From contig JBGANV010000001.1 of the NCBI GenBank assembly GCA_044222185.1, positions 128,001 through 192,000 on the forward strand: DNA of 64,000 nucleotides. The letters run 5' to 3'. Of the stretch, positions 19,942 through 28,153 are shown piece after piece. Position numbers and translations under genes: made by a program. The notes under the pieces were generated by a model that saw only the letters and a list, made by a program, of their open reading frames with translations, made no database searches and had not been told where the DNA came from. Numbering within the stretch: position 1 is the first letter of the stretch; each line of letters opens with the position of its first letter. Source of the stretch: Planctomycetota bacterium. GTDB lineage: Bacteria > Planctomycetota > GCA-002687715 > CAIWVZ01.

Positions 19942-21634
19942 GCGCATCGGTCCGCCGCCGCTGATCGTCCAACGCGATCGCACGGTCCTGCTCGACCTGC
20001 ATGCGCCCGGTGCCGAGGAGTGTCGGACACACCTGTCGCGCTTCGCGGAGCTGGTCAAGAGCCCGGACCACCTCCACACGTATCGCCTTTCACCGCTGTC
20101 GCTGTGGAACGCCGCGGGGATCGACGCCGCCGAGATCACGGCGTTCCTCGACGCGCATAGCCTCGTGAGGACGCCGAAGGAAGTGAGGGCTTTCGTCGAG
20201 GACGTTCTCTCGCGGACGGGACGTGTGCGTCTCGTCCGCCGGGAGCGGGCGCTCGTTCTGGATGTAGATGCCGACCTCCGCGACACCATCGTTGCACTTC
20301 CCGGCGTCGACAAGCACACGCAGGTCCTGGAAGACGGGACCATCCTCGTCGCTCCCGCGAGCCGCGGTGAGATCAAACAAGCGCTCGTGAAAGCCGGGTA
20401 TCCCGTCGACGACCTCGCGGGCTACGTCGCCGGTGACGGTCTGACGCTTTCGATTCGTCCGGAGACCCGGGGCGGGCTCGCGTTCTCCGTGCGCGACTAC
20501 CAGGAGTCGGCCGCGCAGGTCTTCTACCAGCGCGGAACGGAGCGCGGCGGGGCCGGCGTGATCGTCCTTCCATGCGGGGCCGGCAAGACCCTCGTCGGCA
20601 TACGGGTGATCGACCTCTACCAGACGCAGACGCTCGTGCTGACGACGAATCGAAGCGCCGTCGCCCAGTGGATTCGCGAACTCCTCGATCGAACCACGCT
20701 GACCGCCGACCAGGTGGGAGAGTACACGGGAGAGGTGAAGGAAATCCGCCCGATCACCGTGTCGACGTACCAGATCCTCACGTACCGCAAGTCGGCAACG
20801 GACCCCTTCACGCACTTCGACCTGTTCCATCGCAACAACTGGGGCCTCATCGTCTACGACGAAGTGCACCTGCTCCCCGCGCCCGTGTTTCGAGTGACGG
20901 CGGAGTTGCAGGCCCGGCGTCGGCTCGGACTGACAGCCACGCTGGTTCGGGAGGACGGCAAGGAAGCGGACGTCTTCAGCCTCGTCGGCCCGTGCCGCTT
21001 CGATCTGCCCTGGCGAACCCTCGAGAAGGGCGGCCACATCGCCGAGGCGCACTGCGTCGAAGTACGCGTGCCACTCGCCGACGAATTGAAGGACCGCTAC
21101 GAGCTCGCCGACAAGAAGGAGCGATTCCGACTGGCCTCTGAGAACGAGTTGAAATTCTCGGTCGTTCGGGCCTTGCTGGATCGGCATCGCGAGGACCGTG
21201 TGTTGGTCATTGGTCAGTTCCTGCGTCAGCTCGCGTTGCTTCGGCGGCTCATCGAAGCGCCGTTGATCACGAGCAAGACGCCACATCCGGAGCGGGAGCG
21301 GCTGTATCAGGAGTTTCGAAAAGGGACGGTCCCGGTCCTGATCGTTTCCAAGGTCGCCAACTTCGCGATCGATCTCCCGGACGCGAATGTCGCAATCCAG
21401 ATCAGCGGAACGTTCGGCTCTCGCCAGGAAGAGGCGCAGCGCCTCGGGCGCGTTCTCCGCAAGAAGCAGAACGGAGCCCACGCGCTCTTCTATTCCGTCG
21501 TGACGGCCGAATCGCGCGACCAGGACTTCTCGGCCCATCGCCAACTGTTCCTGGCCGAGCAAGGCTACCCATACAAGATCGTGTCCTTCCGCGAAGTCGT
21601 GGGTGTGGACCAGGTTCAGGAGGTCGTTCGGTGA
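19925..21634 (+). CDS. XPB/Ssl2/Rad25-family SF2 DNA helicase/translocase
   Basis: N-terminal Helicase_C_3-like domain (FAELVKSPDHLHTYRLSPLSLWNA), LPCGAGKT, DEVH, GLTAT, XPB RED motif (LVREDG), QRLGRVLR. Confidence 0.95.
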   Translation: MKLPTERIGPPPLIVQRDRTVLLDLHAPGAEECRTHLSRFAELVKSPDHLHTYRLSPLSLWNAAGIDAAEITAFLDAHSLVRTPKEVRAFVEDVLSRTGRVRLVRRERALVLDVDADLRDTIVALPGVDKHTQVLEDGTILVAPASRGEIKQALVKAGYPVDDLAGYVAGDGLTLSIRPETRGGLAFSVRDYQESAAQVFYQRGTERGGAGVIVLPCGAGKTLVGIRVIDLYQTQTLVLTTNRSAVAQWIRELLDRTTLTADQVGEYTGEVKEIRPITVSTYQILTYRKSATDPFTHFDLFHRNNWGLIVYDEVHLLPAPVFRVTAELQARRRLGLTATLVREDGKEADVFSLVGPCRFDLPWRTLEKGGHIAEAHCVEVRVPLADELKDRYELADKKERFRLASENELKFSVVRALLDRHREDRVLVIGQFLRQLALLRRLIEAPLITSKTPHPERERLYQEFRKGTVPVLIVSKVANFAIDLPDANVAIQISGTFGSRQEEAQRLGRVLRKKQNGAHALFYSVVTAESRDQDFSAHRQLFLAEQGYPYKIVSFREVVGVDQVQEVVR

Positions 21635-23658
21635 ACCCCGCGACGGATCTCGTTTCGTTCTCGAGTGCGGAACTCGCGGATCTCTACAGATACTGGACCG
21701 GCGACGGTTCCGGGCCGTCGTCGGACGAGGATTCGATTCGTGATGCGCTCGGCCGGCTCATGTCCGAGCGCGGCCGGGTGATGACGCGCTTCCGCGACCT
21801 CCCACGGCGGCTGCGCGACGTGCTCGGGTGGATGCTCCGACAAAAGGACTTCCGGATCGCCACGCGCGCAGCGTCCGACAAGAACGGCGGCGCCGAGACG
21901 CCTGCACGGAACTTCGAGCTCGACAGCATCCTGGCGGAGCTCAAGCGTCGAGGGTTCGTCGTCGAGGAGCGCGACCGGTCGTGGGTCCGATACCACGAGC
22001 CCGTTTGGCGCGTCCCGCAGGCCCTCGGTGAACTGCTGGTGTCGGAGATCAAGGGCTCGATCCGCACGGTCGAGACCCAGATCTCGCTCCGCGCGCACGT
22101 TCGTGCGCTGGCGAAGGATCTGCTCGATCATCGGCTCTCGACCTTCGGGATCTCGTTCGCCGACGGCCGCGACCGCGCCGAGCTCGTGCAACCCCTCGCA
22201 TCGACGGAACGTCTCGAAGATGCGATTCGCCGCGTTTCAGATCCACGGTTGCGCGACGCCGTGTGCCGAGCGCTCGACGAGCATGGCGGAATGCTCGACC
22301 GGGGGCAGCTCGAGCGCCTGGAACTCCTTCCTGAGAACCTGGAGCCCTGGCGCGCGGAGCTGGAGCACCTGCTCCTGGGCACGATCGCCGACTTCGACCT
22401 CGCCGAGGTCGGCCTCCTCTTCAAGCCCGGCTCGATGATCATCTTCCACGAGCTTGCGCGAACACACCTGAATCGCGGACTCGAGGTCCACGTCGATGAA
22501 GCGCCCGAGGCTCCGGCCGAGCCGCTCGCCGACCTGTCCGCGATACGATCGTTCCTCGATCACCACAGCGTTCGAGCGACGCGCGAAGGCTCCCTCTACC
22601 GCGCAACGGCCCGCAAGATGGAGTCGGAAGTGTTGTCGCCTGGGAGCCGCCCGGTCTCGCAGGAGGCCGCGCTGGGATTCCTGCTGGAGTTCCTCTTCGC
22701 GGCGGACCTCGTCCGGGTCGACGACGACCAGCGGCTCCGTCCACGCCCCAGCTGGAAGACGTTCGAGGAACTTCCGCCGACCGCGCGCGGCGAGCAGTTG
22801 CTGCGCTTCGTTCAAGAGGATCTGCGGTCGATGAAGGCCGAGTTCCACCACGGTCGTCTTCGCCGGGTTTTCCTGACGATGTTGAAGGAGACGGGCGCGG
22901 GGCGGTGGATCGACTTGCGGAACCTGGCCCAGCTGGCGCGGAACTTCTACCTGGCGACGCTCGACGTCCGCTCGACGGCAGACCGATTCCAGCGTCGTTA
23001 TCAGTACACACCGATCCCGCCGCTGGTTTCCCTCGCCCTCGTCACGCGCGAACTCGTGGAGTTTGCGGGGTCACGGCTCGCCACGGCGGGACTCGTCGAA
23101 CTCCATGCGCCAGAGGACGGGCGGCCATCGATCCGACTCACGCGGCTCGGCTCCGCCGTCCTGGGTCTTGCCGCAGACAACGCGGGCACGACCGTCGACG
23201 GAGGGCTGATCGTGACGGCCGACTTCGAGATCGTCGTGTTTCCCGGCGCCGTCGAATACGACGTGACGCACGCACTGGGGCGCTTCGCGCGCCGCGAGAA
23301 GGCCGACGTGACCGTTCACTACCGGATCTCGGAACGATCGATCCAGGAGGCCGTCGCCGCTGGGATGGCGGCGTCGGAGATCCTCGCACTCCTGCGTCGT
23401 CATGCGCGGTACGACGTGCCTCAAAACGTGGTCGCTTCGTGCGAGGCCTGGGCGCGCGCGGTGACGGTCCTCGAGAGCCGCCGCACGATCGTGCTGCGCG
23501 CCGCGTCGAAGGCCGCCCTCGATGCCGCGATGAAAGTCCGCGAGCTGAAGGCCATCGTTGTCGAGCGGATCAGCGACACGGTCATCGAGGTGAACGAGGA
23601 CCCGACGACCGTGCGGATCGCAGAGGCGCTGCGAACCCAGGGCTTCTTCCTGCGGTGA
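21631..23658 (+). CDS. XPB-associated protein with a C-terminal Helicase_C_3 / Tfb2(p52)-like domain
   Basis: GTGA overlap with XPB; C-terminal GGLIVTADFEIVVF...YRISERSIQEAVAAGMAASEILALLRRHA..VPQNV...W. Confidence 0.8.
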   Translation: MNPATDLVSFSSAELADLYRYWTGDGSGPSSDEDSIRDALGRLMSERGRVMTRFRDLPRRLRDVLGWMLRQKDFRIATRAASDKNGGAETPARNFELDSILAELKRRGFVVEERDRSWVRYHEPVWRVPQALGELLVSEIKGSIRTVETQISLRAHVRALAKDLLDHRLSTFGISFADGRDRAELVQPLASTERLEDAIRRVSDPRLRDAVCRALDEHGGMLDRGQLERLELLPENLEPWRAELEHLLLGTIADFDLAEVGLLFKPGSMIIFHELARTHLNRGLEVHVDEAPEAPAEPLADLSAIRSFLDHHSVRATREGSLYRATARKMESEVLSPGSRPVSQEAALGFLLEFLFAADLVRVDDDQRLRPRPSWKTFEELPPTARGEQLLRFVQEDLRSMKAEFHHGRLRRVFLTMLKETGAGRWIDLRNLAQLARNFYLATLDVRSTADRFQRRYQYTPIPPLVSLALVTRELVEFAGSRLATAGLVELHAPEDGRPSIRLTRLGSAVLGLAADNAGTTVDGGLIVTADFEIVVFPGAVEYDVTHALGRFARREKADVTVHYRISERSIQEAVAAGMAASEILALLRRHARYDVPQNVVASCEAWARAVTVLESRRTIVLRAASKAALDAAMKVRELKAIVVERISDTVIEVNEDPTTVRIAEALRTQGFFLR

Positions 23659-23762
23659 GCTGACGCGCGCCTGAAGGCGGGCGCGCCGTAGGTCCTCCGC
23701 CGGCCCGTCGGCGCGCCGCGCGGGAACCGACGGAACGATCTCCAGCGATTCGGCGGGGCCTG

Positions 23763-26015
23763 TTAGGTCCCGAACTCGGCGAGGCCGTCGACGATGAGCT
23801 CGACCTTGTAGTTCGCGATGCCGGAGGGCAGGGGAACGGGGACGTCCTCGCCTACGCGGCGACCGAGGATCGCCATGCCGAGCGGTGACAGGTAGGAGAG
23901 GATCCCCTTTTCCTGGTCGGCATCCCAGGGTCCCAGAAGCGTGTAGATCTGTCGGCGGTTCGTGCCCTCCTGAGAGAGCGTGACCTTGGAACCCACGGTG
24001 ACGTGTTCGCCGTCCTGCATCGTGTGTTCGATCACACGCGCACGATTGAGATCTCGGGCCAGGTCCTCCGACTTCCGGGTGAGCTGGGTCTGTTTCTCGA
24101 TCGCCGCGCTCCACTCCGCGTTCTCGGAGAGGTCGCCGTACGAGGCGGCGCGGCCGATCTCGGCGGCGTTCTCTGGGATGTCCACGTTGACGAGGTGCTC
24201 GTATTCCTGCTGCTTGCGGAACAACCCCTGCTCGGTCGTGTAGATGACGTTCGCGTCCACACCACCTGGAAGAGCCGACGCTTCCTCGTCCTGCCGCGCC
24301 AGTTCGGGCCGCGTGCGGAGCATGTACGCGATCATCTTGTCGCGGATGTCGCGCGGGAGGCTCCTGTTGCTTCGGATCACGGTGCTGACGTTGCGGCCCT
24401 CGGTCTCCGTCGCCGCGACGAAGGCGTCCTTGACGACGCTGTAGTTCCCGGCCTGGATGAGGTTGGCCAGGGTCTTGCCCACCTTGCGGAGCTCGGCGTC
24501 TTCCTCACGGTAGAGCTTCTGCTCCAGGTGACTGTGCAGGATCACGATCTTCTCGAGCAGCGTCGGAAGCGGGATCTGCGGCACGCCCTCGGGGAGCTTC
24601 TCCTGCAGCTGGTGCCGCGCAAAGAAGGTGAAGGCCAGGGGGAAATCCCGGAACTTCCCGATGACGTCCTTCTCGATGCGGTCGACGACGTCCTTGCGGC
24701 CATGGCGGACGAGAGCCGACAGGGCGGCGTCGGCCGTTTCCGGCTCGCCGCGGAGAATGACCGTCCGATACAGCTCGGCCCAATCCTTGTCGCCAGATTC
24801 GCGAAGCACCTCGAGCGCCTCGATGCGATGCCCGGCGATCGGAATCGAGGGGAGCGCTTCCATGACGCTCTTGTGGTTGCTGCACAGAAGCTGGGGCGCG
24901 GCCTCGGGCGGAATGGTGATGCTCTTGTAGATCTGCTGCGCTTCCTTCATGAGGAAGGCGAGCGAAATCCGGCAGCCGAGTGGCACGTCGCTCTTCGGCG
25001 ACAATCCGGCCATCAGGACCTGGGCGACGGCGGTGACCGCTTCCTCTCCATCCGAGTGGTCCTGTGCCTCCTTCAGAAGGTCGCGGAAGTACTTCACGCG
25101 TTTGACGTCGTTATCCAGGAGGCGGAGGTCTCGGAGGCAGTTCTGCGAGTACCCGCGCATCTCGGGCGCGAGCTCGATGATCGGGTTGCTTCCCGGTGCA
25201 ACCGTGACGTCCGATGCAGTTTTCAGCTTCAGACGTGCCTTCTGCCACCAGCGGGACCAATCGCCGGCCGGGATGATTCCGTCGGTGAGTCGATCGCGCA
25301 GCTCGCGGAGGGTTGCCTTGTTGCGCCGGCTTCGGAGTGCCGCTCGGATGAGCTCCGTCGTATCGCCTTCGACCATGAGCGTGAGCTCGGCCAGCCGGTC
25401 GAGCTTCATGGCGCGCAGGTCATTCGAGTCGACGAACTCGGTGATGTTTCGTGCCATCTCCATCGACAGTCGATGGCCCTTCTTGGTCCCGAAGTCGATC
25501 ACGACCGACGCCTGCTCGGCGTCGACCATCACGATGCGGCCGGTGCCCCAGCCGGCCGGGTGGTGGACGTACCGCCCTTCGCGGAACGCGAAGTACGTAT
25601 CCATCTTGTTGACGGCCGTCTTGAGATCGGGGTCAGCCTCGATCTTGCTGTGGCGCAGGAAGATCGGGAGGTGCGGGTTGTCTTTGTGGATCGCCTTGTA
25701 GGCAGTCAGCAGCCCGTGGCGAAGGATCCGCTCCTTCGGTGCGATCTCCGCCATCTTGCGAAGGGAGACGAGGGCGTTCTCGAATTGGCCTTGCTCGAGG
25801 AAGCGCGCGGTGAGCCCGGAGAGGAGCTGTCCCGCCTTCTCGAAGTTGCCTATGGACTCGAGTCCGGCAATCCCTTGCATGAAGACACCCACGTCTTCGG
25901 GCGAGCTCTCGGTCAGCTCCGCCCACAGGGCGTCGAAGAGTTGGTGCTTTCCTTGTTCTGCGTACTCGCGAAGCTGACGTTTGCGGCCGTCCGGGGTCGG
26001 GTTCTGTAGACTCAT
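23763..26015 (-). CDS. greA: Long-form transcription elongation factor GreA (about 590 aa N-terminal extension)
   Basis: C-terminal Gre domain (EIGRAASYGDLSENAEW, VTVGSKV, YTLLGPWDAD, SYLSPLG); the N-terminus has helical repeats and an HPAGWGTG Tudor-like motif. Confidence 0.88.
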   Translation of the reverse strand: MSLQNPTPDGRKRQLREYAEQGKHQLFDALWAELTESSPEDVGVFMQGIAGLESIGNFEKAGQLLSGLTARFLEQGQFENALVSLRKMAEIAPKERILRHGLLTAYKAIHKDNPHLPIFLRHSKIEADPDLKTAVNKMDTYFAFREGRYVHHPAGWGTGRIVMVDAEQASVVIDFGTKKGHRLSMEMARNITEFVDSNDLRAMKLDRLAELTLMVEGDTTELIRAALRSRRNKATLRELRDRLTDGIIPAGDWSRWWQKARLKLKTASDVTVAPGSNPIIELAPEMRGYSQNCLRDLRLLDNDVKRVKYFRDLLKEAQDHSDGEEAVTAVAQVLMAGLSPKSDVPLGCRISLAFLMKEAQQIYKSITIPPEAAPQLLCSNHKSVMEALPSIPIAGHRIEALEVLRESGDKDWAELYRTVILRGEPETADAALSALVRHGRKDVVDRIEKDVIGKFRDFPLAFTFFARHQLQEKLPEGVPQIPLPTLLEKIVILHSHLEQKLYREEDAELRKVGKTLANLIQAGNYSVVKDAFVAATETEGRNVSTVIRSNRSLPRDIRDKMIAYMLRTRPELARQDEEASALPGGVDANVIYTTEQGLFRKQQEYEHLVNVDIPENAAEIGRAASYGDLSENAEWSAAIEKQTQLTRKSEDLARDLNRARVIEHTMQDGEHVTVGSKVTLSQEGTNRRQIYTLLGPWDADQEKGILSYLSPLGMAILGRRVGEDVPVPLPSGIANYKVELIVDGLAEFGT

Positions 26016-26153
26016 TCGAGGTCGGTCCCTCGGGAAGGGCGCGGATCATAACAAAGGGTCACAAGCCGGAAGGGTGTGGCTTCGGGAAGGTCGTGTCGCC
26101 GCGGTGGAGATCGAGTGGGACGACGATAGACTCGCAGGCCTCGGAGGGTTCTC

Positions 26154-26375
26154 ATGCCGATCGATCCAGCGCTCCTCGAAATCCTCGTGTGCCCGGACTC
26201 ACGTGCCCCACTGGTCCTCGACGGAAACCGGCTCGTGAGTACCGACCGCAAGACCCGCCGGGCCTACCGGATCGAGGACGGCGACATCCCGGTGATGGTC
26301 GTGGAGGAGTCGGCGGTGCTCGCGGAGCCGGAGTGGCTCGCCGTGATGCAGAAGTACGGGATCACCGTCCGATGA
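26154..26375 (+). CDS. Trm112/YcaR family protein
   Basis: IDPALLEILVCPDSRAPL...AYRIEDGDIPVMV; GGAGG SD. Confidence 0.88.
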   Translation: MPIDPALLEILVCPDSRAPLVLDGNRLVSTDRKTRRAYRIEDGDIPVMVVEESAVLAEPEWLAVMQKYGITVR

Positions 26376-26722
26376 CCGCGGCGCCGGACACGGTCTTCGG
26401 CAAGATCCTCCGCCGGGAGATTCCCGCGAAGTTCCTGCACGAGGATGACCGGTGCATCGTGATCCGGGATGTGTCCCCGAAGGCGCCCACTCATTTCCTG
26501 GTGATCCCGAAGGCTCCGATCACGAACCTGACCGACGCGGACGCTTCACACGAAGGGACACTCGGGCATCTCTTGCTCGTCGCGGCGAAGGTCGCGGCCT
26601 CCGAAGGCATCGGCGCTGGCTACCGGGTCGTGATCAACAACGGAGCGCCCGCAGGCCAGTCCGTGTTTCATCTCCACGTTCACGTGCTCGGTGGTCGGCC
26701 GCTGGAATGGCCGCCGGGATAG
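26372..26722 (+). CDS. hinT: Histidine triad nucleotide-binding protein (HinT/PKCI)
   Basis: TVFGKILRREIP, PKAPTHFLVIPK, GQSVFHLHVHVLGGR..WPPG; ATGA overlap. Confidence 0.93.
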   Translation: MTAAPDTVFGKILRREIPAKFLHEDDRCIVIRDVSPKAPTHFLVIPKAPITNLTDADASHEGTLGHLLLVAAKVAASEGIGAGYRVVINNGAPAGQSVFHLHVHVLGGRPLEWPPG

Positions 26723-26776
26723 ACCCGAAGGACTGGCGTGCGCGGTCCCGTGTGGACCGTGCGCGGTTCGGTCGGA

Positions 26777-26861
26777 TGCCGGGGAAGGGACTTGAACCCA
26801 TACGCCCTGTCAAGGGCTGTGGATTTTGAATCCACCGCGTCTGCCATTTCGCCACCCCGGC
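26777..26861 (-). tRNA. tRNA-Leu(CAA), long variable arm, CCA not encoded
   Basis: Minus strand GCCGGGG-TGGCGAAATGGCAGACGC-GGTGGA-TTCAAAA-TCCAC-AGCCCTTGACAGGGC-GTATGGGTTCAAGTCCCTT-CCCCGGC-A. Confidence 0.96.
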
Positions 26862-26872
26862 GCGTGGGCGGA

Positions 26873-26901
26873 ATGTTGCCCGGCTTGTGGGGCTTAGTCA
26901 A
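26873..26901 (-). promoter_or_regulatory. Putative sigma70 promoter of tRNA-Leu
   Basis: Minus strand TTGACT-N17-CAACAT followed by a GC-rich discriminator. Confidence 0.55.
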
Positions 26902-26946
26902 CCGGGCGTCACGAAGGGTGTTCCGCGGACGACGGATCCGAGCCGC

Positions 26947-27882
26947 TCACCGGGCATCGGTCGTCGCTGCGACGGCATGGGGAGCCTCGAAATCCTCCGG
27001 CTGCTCCGGATACGGATCCGCGTGAATCGTCACGAGCGCGCCCGGGATCGTCTGTTCGATCGCTGCGCCCACTTCCTCCACCATCCGGTGTGCCGCACGG
27101 AACGACAACGATGCATCCAGCTCGAGGTGCATCTGGATGAATCGGCGGGGGCCAGCGCGGCGCGTCATCAGATCGTGAAACCCGTGGACGGCTGGGCGTC
27201 GCGCGAGCACGACGTCTTCGATCCGCTTGAGCTCCTCTCCCGAGATCTTCGCGTCCATCAGCCCGTTGATCGCTTCGAAGCCGTTCTTCCAGGCGAGGCG
27301 GACGATGGCGATTCCGATGATTCCGGCGATGACGGGATCGGCCCAGCGCCACCCGAGGAGCGAGTCACACGCGAACGCGACGATCACGCCGGCGTTCGTG
27401 AGGTAGTCAGAGGCGTAGTGCGCAGCATCCGCCCGAAGTGCCGGTGAGTCGGACCGGTTCCCCGCCCGCGACAGGTGGCGTGCGAGGAGAAAGGCGACGG
27501 TGATCGAGACGGCGGCGATCGACAACCCGATGCCCGGCTGACGGAGCGGGGCGCCGATGTCGTGGTTCGTCACGGGCGCCAGGATGCAGAGCGCCGCGGC
27601 GCCAGCGAGGATGAGCGTCTGGAAGAGCGCGCTGAGATGTTCGACCTTCCCGTGACCGAAGGGATGTCCGGCATCCGGTGGGCTGACCGCAAGGCGGACC
27701 GACCATGCACTGACTCCGCTGACGAACGCGTCCGTGGCGGAGTCGACGGCTGCGGCGAGGAGCGTCGCGGAACCGGTGACTGCGTACCCCACCGTTTTCA
27801 GGAGGGCGAGCGCGATGGAAACCAGCATGGCGGTGATCGCCGGTTTCTCTCGTCCTGGCGCTTCCGTACGTTCGACTCTCAC
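26947..27882 (-). CDS. Cation diffusion facilitator transporter (FieF/YiiP-like)
   Basis: DSATD, PPDAGHPFGHGKVEHL, ADAAHYASD, HDLMTRRAG, TIHADP. Confidence 0.92.
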   Translation of the reverse strand: MRVERTEAPGREKPAITAMLVSIALALLKTVGYAVTGSATLLAAAVDSATDAFVSGVSAWSVRLAVSPPDAGHPFGHGKVEHLSALFQTLILAGAAALCILAPVTNHDIGAPLRQPGIGLSIAAVSITVAFLLARHLSRAGNRSDSPALRADAAHYASDYLTNAGVIVAFACDSLLGWRWADPVIAGIIGIAIVRLAWKNGFEAINGLMDAKISGEELKRIEDVVLARRPAVHGFHDLMTRRAGPRRFIQMHLELDASLSFRAAHRMVEEVGAAIEQTIPGALVTIHADPYPEQPEDFEAPHAVAATTDAR

Positions 27883-28153
27883 GGCGCGATTATTCGGTTC
27901 AGCGGTGCGTGCGGCAAGGCGAATCCAGCGCGGCTCGCTCGCAGATCTTGGAGCTCAGGAGATTGGGTCGCGGTCACATGTCCGTGCGGCCGGTTGCTCA
28001 GGGTTCGGCGGCCGACGGCCGCGCGCCGCGCGGGCGGTTCGCCTGCGCCAGCTCCGCGCGGAGAAAGGTGGCACCATGCGCTCGGTTTCCCGTGTGATCT
28101 CGAATAATCGCAGGGTGGCTGAGAATACGCGTCCCAAGGAGTTTCGACCGAGC

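Noticed and set aside
24003-26009. Long antisense or alternate-frame ORFs (e.g. 24003..26009+, 38095..39543+, 41099..42895-, 46639..48372-, 60522..63068-)
   Set aside because: Shadow ORFs opposite well-supported genes, expected in high-GC DNA with strong codon bias; no motifs.
26723-26946. tRNA-Leu as an integration site or island boundary
   Set aside because: No integrase and no duplicated tRNA 3' end seen; flanked by housekeeping genes.
27734-28153. Upstream extensions of track ORFs (27734, 29575, 30612, 39206, 46510, 52835, 53815, 12484)
   Set aside because: They overlap other genes or regulatory DNA; downstream starts have SD sequences or stop/start overlaps.
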